Part shown: in pieces, positions 7,779-17,223 of the stretch | Position numbering within the stretch: position 1 is the stretch's first letter | Layout of the letters: each line of letters begins with the position of its first letter | DNA from: an uncultured Candidatus Saccharibacteria bacterium | GTDB lineage: Bacteria; Patescibacteriota; Saccharimonadia; Saccharimonadales; 2-12-FULL-41-12 | NCBI GenBank assembly: GCA_947085855.1 | Contig: CAMTYB010000002.1 | Span: 87,278 to 151,277, forward strand | Length of the DNA stretch: 64,000 bases | Direction of reading: 5' to 3' | Position numbers and translations under genes: made by a program | The notes under the pieces: model-generated | The model's database searches: none | The model's input: the letters and a program-made list of their open reading frames with translations, nothing else | Told to the model about the DNA's origin: nothing

Positions 7779-8846
7779 ATGGAAATTGCTTTAGCAGCTG
7801 TGGTGGCGCTGAATATCGTACTCGTAATTTTGTTGCTACGCGGCAAAAGTCAGCCGTCTGATGCCACTGGTTTGATCAAGCAAGATATTACGACACTGTC
7901 AGAGAGTGTCGATAAGCTCAAGGAAAGCCTTGGGACGCAAATTAACGATCGGCTTGATCGTAACAGTGAGATGATGCAAAAAAGCATGATGGCGCAGTTT
8001 AAAGAATCAACCAAGATAGTTGCCGACGTAACGCATCGTTTGACCAAGCTCGATGAAACTAACAAACAGGTCGTTAATGTGGCTGATGAATTGAAGACAC
8101 TACAGAATGTACTGCAAAACCCTAAGCAACGCGGTGTGCTTGGCGAGTACTATTTGAGCCAGGTGCTAGAAAACGTTATGCCGCCTGACCGCTTTAGTCT
8201 GCAATACAAGTTTAAGAACGGCGAAATCGTTGATGCAGTGATTTACCTTGATAAGGGTAAGATTTTGCCAATTGACTCCAAATTTAGCCTTGAGAACTAC
8301 AACCGTCTTGTCGAAGAAAAAGATAAAACCCGTCGCGAAGCTCTGAGTGCGGCTTTTAAAGCTGATCTCAAGAAGCGAATCGACGAAACTGCCAAATATA
8401 TCCGGCCCGACGAAAACTGCATGGACTTTGCCTTTATGTTCATTCCAAGCGAAGCAATTTATTACGACTTGCTCATGAATAAGATTGGTACTGCTAACAC
8501 GAGCGCTCGTGACCTATTGGAATATGCATTCCGCGATAAAAAAGTGATCATAGTTAGCCCGACTAGCTTTATGGCCTATCTGCAGACGGTGTTGCAGGGG
8601 TTGCGCAGTTTGCAAATCGAAGATCAGGCCAAAGAGATTCAGCTTCGCGTTGGTCAGCTGGGTACTCACATTGCAAGTTACGAAACGTTTATGCAGAAAC
8701 TTGGCAATAGCTTGGGGACTACAGTAAATCATTACAACACAGCTCATAAAGAGTTAAAGAAAATTGATAAGGATGTCGTCAAAATCGCCAAGACGAGCCC
8801 GTCGATCGAGCCGCTAATACTTGACAAACCTCAGACCGATGGATAG
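7779..8846 (+). CDS. rmuC: DNA recombination protein RmuC
   Basis: 355 aa with an N-terminal TM helix, a coiled-coil region and a RmuC-type C-terminal domain (FAFMFIPSEAIYYDLL, VIIVSPTSFMAYLQ). Confidence 0.85.
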   Translation: MEIALAAVVALNIVLVILLLRGKSQPSDATGLIKQDITTLSESVDKLKESLGTQINDRLDRNSEMMQKSMMAQFKESTKIVADVTHRLTKLDETNKQVVNVADELKTLQNVLQNPKQRGVLGEYYLSQVLENVMPPDRFSLQYKFKNGEIVDAVIYLDKGKILPIDSKFSLENYNRLVEEKDKTRREALSAAFKADLKKRIDETAKYIRPDENCMDFAFMFIPSEAIYYDLLMNKIGTANTSARDLLEYAFRDKKVIIVSPTSFMAYLQTVLQGLRSLQIEDQAKEIQLRVGQLGTHIASYETFMQKLGNSLGTTVNHYNTAHKELKKIDKDVVKIAKTSPSIEPLILDKPQTDG

Positions 8847-8860
8847 TGTTAATTACTAGT

Positions 8861-9166
8861 ATGTTTAACCGAAATAAAAAAGAAGACAAAGACAAAAAAG
8901 AGCGCCAAGCTTTGGTTAAAAATCATGACCAGATTGCCAAAGCGCTGGAAATACTATTTGCGACTGAATACGTTGACCAAAAACGTCTGTATCTTCATAA
9001 CTTCTTTCGTGGCATGGCTTTTAGCGCCGGCGGTATCATTGGCGCCACGTTGATCATTAGTTTGGTAATTTGGTTGTTGTCGCTCTTTAATACCGTGCCG
9101 TTGATCGGACCGGTGTTTGACAAGGTGCGAAATAGTATCGAGACTACCGATCAGACCACATTCTAG
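8861..9166 (+). CDS. Small membrane protein (DUF5665-like)
   Basis: About 101 aa with a basic N-terminus and a hydrophobic segment FFRGMAFSAGGIIGATLIISLVIWLL. Start taken at ATG 8861; the track's GTG at 8846 overlaps the rmuC stop. Family call is tentative. Confidence 0.5.
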   Translation: MFNRNKKEDKDKKERQALVKNHDQIAKALEILFATEYVDQKRLYLHNFFRGMAFSAGGIIGATLIISLVIWLLSLFNTVPLIGPVFDKVRNSIETTDQTTF

Positions 9167-9664
9167 TTAGCGGAAGTTAATAAATTCGAGAGGGAAGTCG
9201 AAATCTTGGCCACGTACTAGTTGCATCACGGCCTGGAGTTCGTCCTTTTTTGGGCTGGTGATACGGATTTCTTCGCCTTGGATTTGGGTTTTAACTTTTG
9301 GATAATTATCACGAACTAGTGATGTTATCTTTTTGGCTTGGTCGCCCTTGAGGCCTTTTTTGAATGGAACCTGCTTAGTTGTTTTGAGGTTGCTGGTGGT
9401 GGACTCTTGGCTGATGTCGAGAGTTTTTTGACTCTGGTTACGTGAAGCCAGCTTTTTGCGGACAATATCAAGAATAGCGTCGATGTGGTAGTCCATATCT
9501 CCGGTGATGAGTAGTCCAGTTTTTTCAGTATCAAGCCAATCAAGCGCGGCTTGGGTCCCTTTCAGGTCGTAACGGCTGCCGAGTTCTTTGCGTGCTTGCT
9601 CGAAGACGTTGTTCATCTCGGCCTTGTCGTAGTCGGACACAATATCAAAAGAAAAATTTGCCAT
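9167..9664 (-). CDS. yajQ: YajQ-family nucleotide-binding protein (UPF0234)
   Basis: 165 aa. The N-terminus MANFSFDIVSDYDKAEMNNVFEQARKELGSRYDLKG and overall length match the YajQ family. Confidence 0.85.
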   Translation of the reverse strand: MANFSFDIVSDYDKAEMNNVFEQARKELGSRYDLKGTQAALDWLDTEKTGLLITGDMDYHIDAILDIVRKKLASRNQSQKTLDISQESTTSNLKTTKQVPFKKGLKGDQAKKITSLVRDNYPKVKTQIQGEEIRITSPKKDELQAVMQLVRGQDFDFPLEFINFR

Positions 9665-9737
9665 ATGCGTATTCTATCACGGACTTCATCTGCAAATCAG
9701 ATGTGAATGTGTGCTGTGTTTGCTACAATAAACAGAT

Positions 9738-10748
9738 ATGATAGATCAATCAATCGCTGATGGGCTGCGACAGCGCGCTTCTGGTGGCGACCAATCGGTT
9801 CTGAAAAGTGTTGAACTAAGGAGTTTGTATGATCAACTCAAAACACTGCCAGCCGAGCAGCGAGCCGAGTTTGGCCAGCAAATCAATGCTTTGCGCAATG
9901 AATTACAAACAGCTTTGGCATCGCATCAAGATCAAGCGCAGGATCTAGCGCCAATTGATGTAACTGCCCCGTGGGACGCAAATACGCCACCTAGTGAGCG
10001 ACCACAGGTCCTATCTGCCGCCCAGGGAACTATTCATCCGCTGACTGCCGAAATCGAACAGATTACCAATATCTTTTCGCGGATGGGTTTTGGCGTGATT
10101 GAATCTCGCCAAATTGACGACGATTACCATATGTTTGGCAGCCTTAACTTCCCTGAGGGTCACCCGGCTCGCGATGACTATGATACATTTATGACCGAAG
10201 AAGGCCTGATTGCTCCGGCCCATACCAGCACCATGCAAAATCGAATCCTAGCTGCAAATAAAGACTTACTCGAGCAAGGCCAGTCAATCGCCTACGTTAT
10301 CCCCGGTCGCGTGTTCCGGAACGAGGATCTAGATGCTACCCATGAGCATACCTTTCATCAGCTAGAAGGCATTTACGTTGGCAAAGATGTGCATGCTGGC
10401 ATGCTGGTAGCTACTTTGAAAACGTATTTAAACGAATACTTTGGCGAGGAATTGGCCGTGAAGTTGCAGCCGTTTTACTTTCCGTTTACCGAGCCAAGTT
10501 TTGAATTAGCCGTCGAGAGACCAAGTATTTTGCGCAAGGATGATTCGGAAGAACAGAAATGGCTTGAGCTACTAGGCTGTGGCATGATCCACCCGAATGT
10601 CCTCAAAGAAGCCGGCATTGACCCCAATGTCTACACTGGCTTTGCATGGGGTGGTGGTATCGAGCGCATGGTTATGATGAAGAATGGCATTGAAGATATT
10701 CGCCACTTCCAAGGCGCTAAGTTAGATTTCTTGAGGCAATTCGCATGA
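9738..10748 (+). CDS. pheS: Phenylalanine--tRNA ligase alpha subunit
   Basis: Class II aaRS motifs (HPARDDYDTF, FRNEDLDATH, FPFTEPSFE, GFAWGGGIERM). The 4-nt overlap with pheT is typical. Confidence 0.95.
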   Translation: MIDQSIADGLRQRASGGDQSVLKSVELRSLYDQLKTLPAEQRAEFGQQINALRNELQTALASHQDQAQDLAPIDVTAPWDANTPPSERPQVLSAAQGTIHPLTAEIEQITNIFSRMGFGVIESRQIDDDYHMFGSLNFPEGHPARDDYDTFMTEEGLIAPAHTSTMQNRILAANKDLLEQGQSIAYVIPGRVFRNEDLDATHEHTFHQLEGIYVGKDVHAGMLVATLKTYLNEYFGEELAVKLQPFYFPFTEPSFELAVERPSILRKDDSEEQKWLELLGCGMIHPNVLKEAGIDPNVYTGFAWGGGIERMVMMKNGIEDIRHFQGAKLDFLRQFA

Positions 10749-13264
10749 AATTTAGTACAAATACCCTTCGACGCTATCAAAAGATGTATAACTGGTCGAC
10801 CGACTTTATGCCGAACGGCCTTGATGAGCTCGTAACTAAAATCGGCGCTCAGTTAGGCGCGGTCGAAGAAGTAATCGACATTGGCTCCAAGTATAGCGGC
10901 GCCATAGTTGTTAAAGTTGCGTCTTGTGAGCAACATCCGAATGCTGATCGGCTTCATGTCTGCAAAATTGACGATGGCGGCGCCGCAAAAGACGTGAAGC
11001 GCGATAGCGACGGCTATGTGCAAGTTGTCTGCGGTGCACCAAATGTGCGAGAAGGCTTGAGTGCAGTGTGGTTGCCGCCGGGTGCTACCGTACCGAGTAC
11101 CTATGGCAGCGAGCCATTCACGCTGGACGCCCGTGAGCTGCGTGGCGTGGTTAGTAATGGTATGTTGGCTAGCCCCAAAGAACTCGCTGTCAGCGACAGT
11201 CACGAAGGATTACTCGAAATAGATGATGATATTAAGCCAGGTACAACCTTTGCCGAAGCCTACAATCTCGAAGGTGACTACGTTATTGATATTGAAAACA
11301 AAATGTTTACCCATCGTCCAGATTGCTTTGGTTGGATGGGCATAGCTCGCGAACTGGCTGGCATTCAAAACATCGCCTTCAGCAGTCCTGAGTGGTACGT
11401 TGAGCGGCCAGAGCTACCGCAGCCCACGGGCGAGCAGCTACCGTTGACGATTAAAAATGAATTACCTGATCTTGTGCCTCGTTTCACTGCTATTACGATG
11501 CGTGATGTCACGGTTGGCCCAAGCCCAGTCTGGCTGCAACTTGAGTTGGCCAAAATTGGCCAAAAGTCTATCAATAACATTGTTGATCTGACTAACTATA
11601 TAATGTTGCTCACTGGTCAGCCATTGCATGCCTACGATTACGACAAAGTGGCCGAGCGCAGCAAGGGCGAGGCTACACTTGTAGTGCGCCAGCCTCAAAA
11701 GGGCGAAACCGTCGCCTTATTGAATGGCAAGACGGTTGAACCGCGGGCCGAGGCAATTATGATTGCTACCGACAAAGAGCTGATTGGTGTCGGTGGCGTT
11801 ATGGGCGGTTCTGATACCGAAGTTGACGACACAACCACGAATATTATTATTGAGTGCGCCAACTTTGATATGTACTCAGTCCGCCGCACATCGATGGCGC
11901 ACGGCCTATTTACTGATGCAGTCGCCCGCTTTAATAAAGGCCAAAGCCCACACCAAAACCTGACTGTACTCCTTAAAATGCTAGCTGATGTTCAAGATTT
12001 TGTTGGTGGCACTGTGGCGAGCGAGCTTATTGACGATAATCACACTTCTCAGGATCAATGCTCGGCAGCTCTACCAAACATAGATTTTGTTAATAAACGC
12101 CTTGGTACTGAACTCGACCTGGCAACGGCCAAAACACTGCTGACTAATGTAGAATGTGTGGTGACTGATTCGCCTGACGGAACGTTTATTGTGACACCAC
12201 CTTTCTGGAGGACTGATATCCACATTCCTGAGGACGTTGTCGAAGAAATCGGCCGGCTGTATGGTTTCGACAAATTACGCTTTGAGTTGCCGGTTCGGAC
12301 TACCGCACCTGCGGTTGTACAGCCGCTCTTGGCCTATAAGGCTGAATTGCGGCAGCAGCTAGCCGCACTTGGCGCCAATGAAGTGTTGACCTATAGCTTT
12401 GTGCACGGTCAATTACTACAAAAGGCTGGTCAAGATCCTGAACAGGCTTTTAAGATTTCCAATGCTCTCAGTCCTGACTTGCAGTACTATCGCCTCAGCT
12501 TGACGCCGAGCATCCTCAATCACGTTCACGCCAATATCAAGGCTGGTCACGATGCCTTCGCACTGTTTGAGGTCAACAAAGTCCATACTAAGCTCCATGT
12601 CGCTGATGATGAAGGCGTACCAAAAGAATTTGAAAGCCTTGCTTTGGTTTATGCTAGTAAATCAAAATCCAAGTACGCCGCCTACTACCAGGCTCGAGTT
12701 TATCTTGATGAACTAGCTCGCAAGCAGGGTATAGCGCTCGAGTACCGTCCGATTACCGAAGCGCTTGATGCGGCAGCCATTCAGCCGTTTGATCCAGCTC
12801 GCGCAGCGTTGATCTATGCTGCCGGTACTGACACCGGGTTAGGAGTAATTGGTGAATACAAACAGTCGGTCAAACAGCAGCTTAAGCTGCCAGTCCAGGC
12901 TGCCGGCTTTGAAATTGATATCTCAGAACTTCTAGCTACGCCACGAACGGCAGGTTATCGACCGCTGTCGCGCTACCCGAGCATTTCGCAGGACATTTGT
13001 TTGCAAGTAGCCGATACCGTTACATACGCAGAGCTGACGGCTCAACTAGCTACTGCACTACAGAAACATGCAGCTGATGAGACGGTGGACTTTGAGCCAA
13101 TCGATATCTATACGTCTCATGAAAAAATTGCTGGCAAAAAGCGCATCACCTATCGCATCACCGTGATCAGCCAGGTTAGGACTTTGACCGAAGCAACCGC
13201 TTCTGGCTTGCTCGAAAAGGTGGCCAGCGAGCTGGCGCAATCATTGTCGGCCGAACGAATTTAG
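10745..13264 (+). CDS. pheT: Phenylalanine--tRNA ligase beta subunit
   Basis: 839 aa with an N-terminal tRNA-binding (OB) domain (HPNADRLHVCKID), B3/4 and B5 regions and a C-terminal FDX-ACB-like domain. Directly coupled to pheS. Confidence 0.95.
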   Translation: MKFSTNTLRRYQKMYNWSTDFMPNGLDELVTKIGAQLGAVEEVIDIGSKYSGAIVVKVASCEQHPNADRLHVCKIDDGGAAKDVKRDSDGYVQVVCGAPNVREGLSAVWLPPGATVPSTYGSEPFTLDARELRGVVSNGMLASPKELAVSDSHEGLLEIDDDIKPGTTFAEAYNLEGDYVIDIENKMFTHRPDCFGWMGIARELAGIQNIAFSSPEWYVERPELPQPTGEQLPLTIKNELPDLVPRFTAITMRDVTVGPSPVWLQLELAKIGQKSINNIVDLTNYIMLLTGQPLHAYDYDKVAERSKGEATLVVRQPQKGETVALLNGKTVEPRAEAIMIATDKELIGVGGVMGGSDTEVDDTTTNIIIECANFDMYSVRRTSMAHGLFTDAVARFNKGQSPHQNLTVLLKMLADVQDFVGGTVASELIDDNHTSQDQCSAALPNIDFVNKRLGTELDLATAKTLLTNVECVVTDSPDGTFIVTPPFWRTDIHIPEDVVEEIGRLYGFDKLRFELPVRTTAPAVVQPLLAYKAELRQQLAALGANEVLTYSFVHGQLLQKAGQDPEQAFKISNALSPDLQYYRLSLTPSILNHVHANIKAGHDAFALFEVNKVHTKLHVADDEGVPKEFESLALVYASKSKSKYAAYYQARVYLDELARKQGIALEYRPITEALDAAAIQPFDPARAALIYAAGTDTGLGVIGEYKQSVKQQLKLPVQAAGFEIDISELLATPRTAGYRPLSRYPSISQDICLQVADTVTYAELTAQLATALQKHAADETVDFEPIDIYTSHEKIAGKKRITYRITVISQVRTLTEATASGLLEKVASELAQSLSAERI

Positions 13265-13321
13265 AGACTGGTCGGGCTACCACAGGCTGTGCTAGAATAG
13301 CTGAATCGAAAGGGGTATTTT

Positions 13322-13876
13322 GTGAGTGTACGAGGCAACGGCCAACGAATCTTTATTCTTGTAATTGTGGGTGTATTTGTAGTAACAACCTTTGCGACAA
13401 CCGGTTTCGTTATATACGACGCCGCTAAGGGCGATTCAAATACAGCAACAACGGATCCTCAGCAGGAAGCTGAACAACAAGCAAATCAACAACAGCCAAA
13501 AAAGGAGGGCGGTTTGGAAGGAACAAAATTAGTAGGCTTTACGCCGGTAGCGAAAGTAGAAACATTACAGGTAACAGATACGAAGCCAGGCACTGGTACC
13601 GAGGCTAAAGCTGACTCAACCATTACTGCTCACTATACTGGCGCACTCGCCAAGGACGGCACCATCTTCCAGAGCAGCAAAGACACGGGTCAACCATTCA
13701 CTGCTCCGCTCAGCAATCTGATTCCGGGTTGGCAGCAAGGCATCCCAGGTATGAAAGCCGGTGGCACTCGCCGCATTCTCATCCCAGCTGCCCAAGCCTA
13801 CGGTGAAGCCTCGCAAGCTGGAATTCCAGCCAATTCTGACCTCGTGTTTGATATTGAATTGGTAGAGGTAAAATAG
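13322..13876 (+). CDS. Membrane-anchored FKBP-type peptidyl-prolyl cis-trans isomerase
   Basis: GTG start preceded by AAAGGGG. N-terminal TM helix, Gln-rich linker, then an FKBP domain (ITAHYTGALAKDGTIFQSS, IPGWQQGIPGMKAGGTRRILIP, LVFDIELV). Confidence 0.85.
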   Translation: MSVRGNGQRIFILVIVGVFVVTTFATTGFVIYDAAKGDSNTATTDPQQEAEQQANQQQPKKEGGLEGTKLVGFTPVAKVETLQVTDTKPGTGTEAKADSTITAHYTGALAKDGTIFQSSKDTGQPFTAPLSNLIPGWQQGIPGMKAGGTRRILIPAAQAYGEASQAGIPANSDLVFDIELVEVK

Positions 13877-13889
13877 TCAAAAACACTAC

Positions 13890-13929
13890 ATATAGCGTGC
13901 TTGACGACAGCATAACCGCTATATATAAT
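13890..13929 (+). promoter_or_regulatory. Promoter TTGACG-N17-TATAAT bracketed by the inverted repeat ATATAGCG-N19-CGCTATAT
   Basis: -35 at 13901-13906 and -10 at 13924-13929. The 8-bp inverted-repeat arms lie at 13890-13897 and 13917-13924. Upstream of the glutaredoxin-like/trxB pair. Confidence 0.5.
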
Positions 13930-13970
13930 GATTAGGAACAAAGTAAACGATAAAAAAGGATGCCAAAAAC

Positions 13971-14219
13971 ATGCCAAAAAACATCACCATTTTCACTACT
14001 AACACCTGCGCTTACTGCGTAATGGTTAAGCGCTGGCTCGGTGCCAAAGGAATTGCCTACGAAGAGGTTAATCTTGATCAGCACCCAGAGCGCCAAAAAG
14101 AGGCCTACGAATTGAGTGGCCAATTAGCCGTACCAGTAACTGTCATCACCAAAGAAGATGACACTAAGGAAGTGGTGATCGGTTATAACTTGGCTAAACT
14201 AGCGCCTGCGGTCGCGTAG
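13971..14219 (+). CDS. Glutaredoxin/NrdH-like small redox protein
   Basis: 82 aa thioredoxin fold with a CAYC active site (TNTCAYCVMVKRWL). AAGGA lies 10 nt upstream of the ATG. Confidence 0.8.
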   Translation: MPKNITIFTTNTCAYCVMVKRWLGAKGIAYEEVNLDQHPERQKEAYELSGQLAVPVTVITKEDDTKEVVIGYNLAKLAPAVA

Positions 14220-14225
14220 GATATT

Positions 14226-15209
14226 ATGAGCGATACTGTAACTCAGCACGACATTATTACTATTGGTGCGGGCCCAACCGCGCTGTCGGCAGCTATCTAT
14301 ACCACTCGTGAAGACCTCGACACGCTATTGTTTGAAAAAGGTGTTATTGGCGGCTTGGCTTCTATCACGGACTGGGTCGATAACTACCCAGGCTTCCCAG
14401 AAGGCATCTCTGGTTTAGATCTTGGTGAAAACCTGCGCAAACAAGCTGAGCGTTTTGGAGCCGTCATCGAACTCGGTGAAGTTACTGGTATTTCTAGCGA
14501 TGGTAAGCGCGTCAAACTCGAAACTACCAGCGGCCAAATGGAAGCTAAGGCTGTCCTGATTGCCACTGGCAGTGATTACAAGAAAATTGGTGTACCGGGC
14601 GAAGCCGAATACTACGGCCGTGGCGTGCACTACTGCGCAACCTGTGATGGTGCTTTTTATCGCGATAAGCGACTTGTGGTCGTCGGTGGCGGTAATTCTG
14701 CTGTCCAAGAAGCCATTTTCCTAACTCGCTTTGCAACTCACATTGACTTATTAGTTCGTGGTCCCAAAATGCGTGCTTCAGAAGTACTGCAGCATGAACT
14801 CGAAAAGCATAAAGATAAGATCACCGTTCATTTCAATACACCGACCGAAGAAATCTTGGCCGAAAACAACCTGGTCAACAAAGTTATTGCCACCAAAGAC
14901 GGCAAGCGAACCGAATTTGTAACTGACGGTGTCTTCGTCTTCGTTGGTCTCAAGCCTAATACCGAATTCTTGAAAGACGTAATTGAGCTCGATGAAATTG
15001 GCCTCGTCAAAACCAATATAGATTTGGAGACTAATCTGCCCGGTGTATTTGCGGCCGGCGACGTCCGTAGCGGGGCTACCATGCAAATTGCCAGCGCCGT
15101 TGGCGAAGGCGCCACGGCTGCCTTGCTCATGCGCAAATACCTAGAAGAACTTGATCGAGTCGAAGACACAAAAGCCTCCAAAAAGACCGAGAGTACCACC
15201 GTTAGTTAA
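14226..15209 (+). CDS. trxB: Thioredoxin-disulfide reductase
   Basis: FAD site GAGPTALSAAIY, redox-active CATCDG and NADPH site GGGNSAVQEA. Has a short Lys/Ser/Thr-rich C-terminal extension. Confidence 0.93.
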   Translation: MSDTVTQHDIITIGAGPTALSAAIYTTREDLDTLLFEKGVIGGLASITDWVDNYPGFPEGISGLDLGENLRKQAERFGAVIELGEVTGISSDGKRVKLETTSGQMEAKAVLIATGSDYKKIGVPGEAEYYGRGVHYCATCDGAFYRDKRLVVVGGGNSAVQEAIFLTRFATHIDLLVRGPKMRASEVLQHELEKHKDKITVHFNTPTEEILAENNLVNKVIATKDGKRTEFVTDGVFVFVGLKPNTEFLKDVIELDEIGLVKTNIDLETNLPGVFAAGDVRSGATMQIASAVGEGATAALLMRKYLEELDRVEDTKASKKTESTTVS

Positions 15210-15218
15210 GGAAATATA

Positions 15219-15710
15219 CTAAGCTTCTGCTAAGCATTTTTCAAGATCAGCAGTAATTCTTTGAATGCCTGTTTCTGTTAGAATCCGATTCATAACGTCA
15301 TTTAACATGCAGCTTGTGGCCATTGAAAACTCTAAAGCATCAATATCTTTTCGACGAGCTGCCCGAGTGTCGCCTTCCGGAAAAGGAAAGCTGCTCGCGA
15401 TAACGAGTCCAGTATTCCGATCAAATCTATACGCGGCCATAGAGCCACTCTCGCCCTTGCCTGTAATGATTTCGGCCGAAGGATTTCCCTCGACAGAAAG
15501 AGTCAATCTATCAGCAGTTTCAAAGTGTTTTTGTTGTTCTTGCTCGTCACGAAAGGACAGAATTATGCCCCGCATCCCGAGGCTTAAGTCTATGCCGCTT
15601 ACTCTGGCTGTGCGTTGGTTTTCGATGCCTTTTGTGTCAAATGAGAATTCATCAATAAATAACTCGCATACACGGTCCAAATTTTGAGCAGGAGATAACA
15701 CTTCACTCAT
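15219..15710 (-). CDS. Hypothetical protein (163 aa)
   Basis: Clean ORF, soluble, no recognised motif. It is the last gene of a minus-strand run (glpQ, FNR-like, this gene). Confidence 0.55.
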   Translation of the reverse strand: MSEVLSPAQNLDRVCELFIDEFSFDTKGIENQRTARVSGIDLSLGMRGIILSFRDEQEQQKHFETADRLTLSVEGNPSAEIITGKGESGSMAAYRFDRNTGLVIASSFPFPEGDTRAARRKDIDALEFSMATSCMLNDVMNRILTETGIQRITADLEKCLAEA

Positions 15711-15740
15711 AATTTTATTATTTTACAATATAATGTCTAT

Positions 15741-15773
15741 AAATACAATAAATACAATAAATACAATAAATAC
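15741..15773. repeat. 9-bp tandem repeat AAATACAAT, about 3.7 copies
   Basis: Read directly. Units start at 15741, 15750 and 15759, with a partial unit at 15768. A further TACAAT lies at 15724-15729. Confidence 0.95.
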
Positions 15774-15798
15774 GTCAAGAGGACGCCCAGCGCACTGC

Positions 15799-16470
15799 TC
15801 AATAGCCTTGGAAAAAATCAGTGTAAATGTGGCGCCTGGGGATGCCTTGCTCCTCTAATTCGGTAATAACGCGCTCAACTGTATGCTCGGGCCCAGCTAT
15901 GTAAATGTAGTGATCGGACGAGGGCTGAGTAAGCTGAGTAATCAACGTACCGGTCAGCTGTGTATCATTCTCGGTCGCAATGTGGCAATGTTCGCCCAGT
16001 TCGCCAAGTACATCTCCAAACATACTGTCCTCAAGCGACCGAATGCTATGAATCAATTGAATATCGCGCTGTTCTCCAGTAGCCTGCAAATCAGCAAGGA
16101 TGCTTCGAAAGGGAGTAATGCCAATGCCGATAGCTACAAAAATAAGTGGTAACGAGGCTAGTTTAGGTAGTACAAAATCTCCCATGGGAGCGGCAAGACT
16201 GACTTCTGAGCCGAGTGGTAGCTCAATTAGGGCCTTCTTGAAGCTGCTGCTCGCGGTATCATTCAGGCGCGTAGTAATACAGAGTAAGTCTTCGTGCGGA
16301 GCGCTCGACAGAGTGAACCAGCGTTTGTCTTTTCTGGCGTCAGCGGATTCGTGAGGGAGGTGTAGTTCGGTAAATTGGCCGGCAACGTAATGGATTGGCT
16401 GTGAGGGTTCAAAATAGAAACTAGCAACAGTTGCGTTAACTGATTCTTTTTTGACGAAACGAGCCTTCAT
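15799..16470 (-). CDS. FAD/NAD(P)-binding oxidoreductase of the ferredoxin-NADP reductase (FNR) family
   Basis: 223 aa with the RxYS-type flavin motif (RWFTLSS) and the NAD(P)-binding glycine motif (FVAIGIGITPF). Its start overlaps the glpQ stop (ATGA). Confidence 0.75.
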   Translation of the reverse strand: MKARFVKKESVNATVASFYFEPSQPIHYVAGQFTELHLPHESADARKDKRWFTLSSAPHEDLLCITTRLNDTASSSFKKALIELPLGSEVSLAAPMGDFVLPKLASLPLIFVAIGIGITPFRSILADLQATGEQRDIQLIHSIRSLEDSMFGDVLGELGEHCHIATENDTQLTGTLITQLTQPSSDHYIYIAGPEHTVERVITELEEQGIPRRHIYTDFFQGY

Positions 16471-17168
16471 GAACGTCTTCGCTTTTTGCGTAACCGATTA
16501 CGTATCGGCACTAGCTTATTTGGGTAATTAGTAATAATGAGCGCTGTTGGGTAAAGAAAATGAAGGAAGCGAGCCAAAAATGTGCGATTGACTGTAAAAA
16601 TCATGAATTTTTGATTATGTCGTTTGGAGTAGTGGTAGGCGAGCGGATTCATCACCCAAAAGTTGAGTGACACACCAGTAAAACCAAGTAAGCGAGCTTT
16701 GTAAACGGCCTCGAATGGCTTGGTGAGTTCAGATACGTATGTCTCTATATCTGGGCGAAGCTCAGAAAAGCGAAACATTTCCTGAGTATCAATGGCTGTG
16801 ACTAGAGGCCGTGGTCCGAGGTGTTTTTTGAGGGCTTTATCGAGGATTACGGCCCAATCCTTGCCTTTACAGTCCAAGAGGACCGGGGTTTTGTTGGCGG
16901 CTTCCATAGCTTCGGCAAACGTTGGAATCGGATAGCCGCTGTAGGTTGTGGTGGTGCTAATTTCTTCAAGTGTCATGTCGGCCACGTTTTTATTGACGCC
17001 AGCTATGCGATAGAGGCTGGGGTCATGGATAAGTACAAGTTGCTCATCTTTGGTGATCCGTAGATCAAACTCAATAATATCAACTCCACAAGCCACCGCT
17101 GCCTCGATGCTGGGGATAGTATTTTCGGGCTCAATTCCGGCAGCTCCCCGGTGTCCAATTACGATCAT
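16467..17168 (-). CDS. Glycerophosphodiester phosphodiesterase (GDPD family)
   Basis: MIVIGHRGAAGIEPENT...EFDLRITKDEQLVLIHD is the GDPD catalytic core. Start set at ATG 17168; the 49 extra codons in the ORF track run into the ppa gene on the other strand. Confidence 0.85.
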   Translation of the reverse strand: MIVIGHRGAAGIEPENTIPSIEAAVACGVDIIEFDLRITKDEQLVLIHDPSLYRIAGVNKNVADMTLEEISTTTTYSGYPIPTFAEAMEAANKTPVLLDCKGKDWAVILDKALKKHLGPRPLVTAIDTQEMFRFSELRPDIETYVSELTKPFEAVYKARLLGFTGVSLNFWVMNPLAYHYSKRHNQKFMIFTVNRTFLARFLHFLYPTALIITNYPNKLVPIRNRLRKKRRRS

Positions 17169-17223
17169 TATGGTATAAAGTATAAGATATAACCCATTAG
17201 AATATAAGAGAAAGTGAGTCAGT

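Noticed and set aside
9665-9737. Possible T-box leader upstream of pheS; a hairpin CATCTG-caaat-CAGATG lies at about 9690-9706.
   Set aside because: The intergenic region is only 73 bp, and a TACAAT box sits 8 nt before the ATG, so the mRNA is probably leaderless. That is far too short for a T-box riboswitch.
15741-15773. Possible CRISPR-like or minisatellite array.
   Set aside because: The units are only 9 bp with no spacers, and no cas genes are present. It is a simple tandem repeat and is reported as such.
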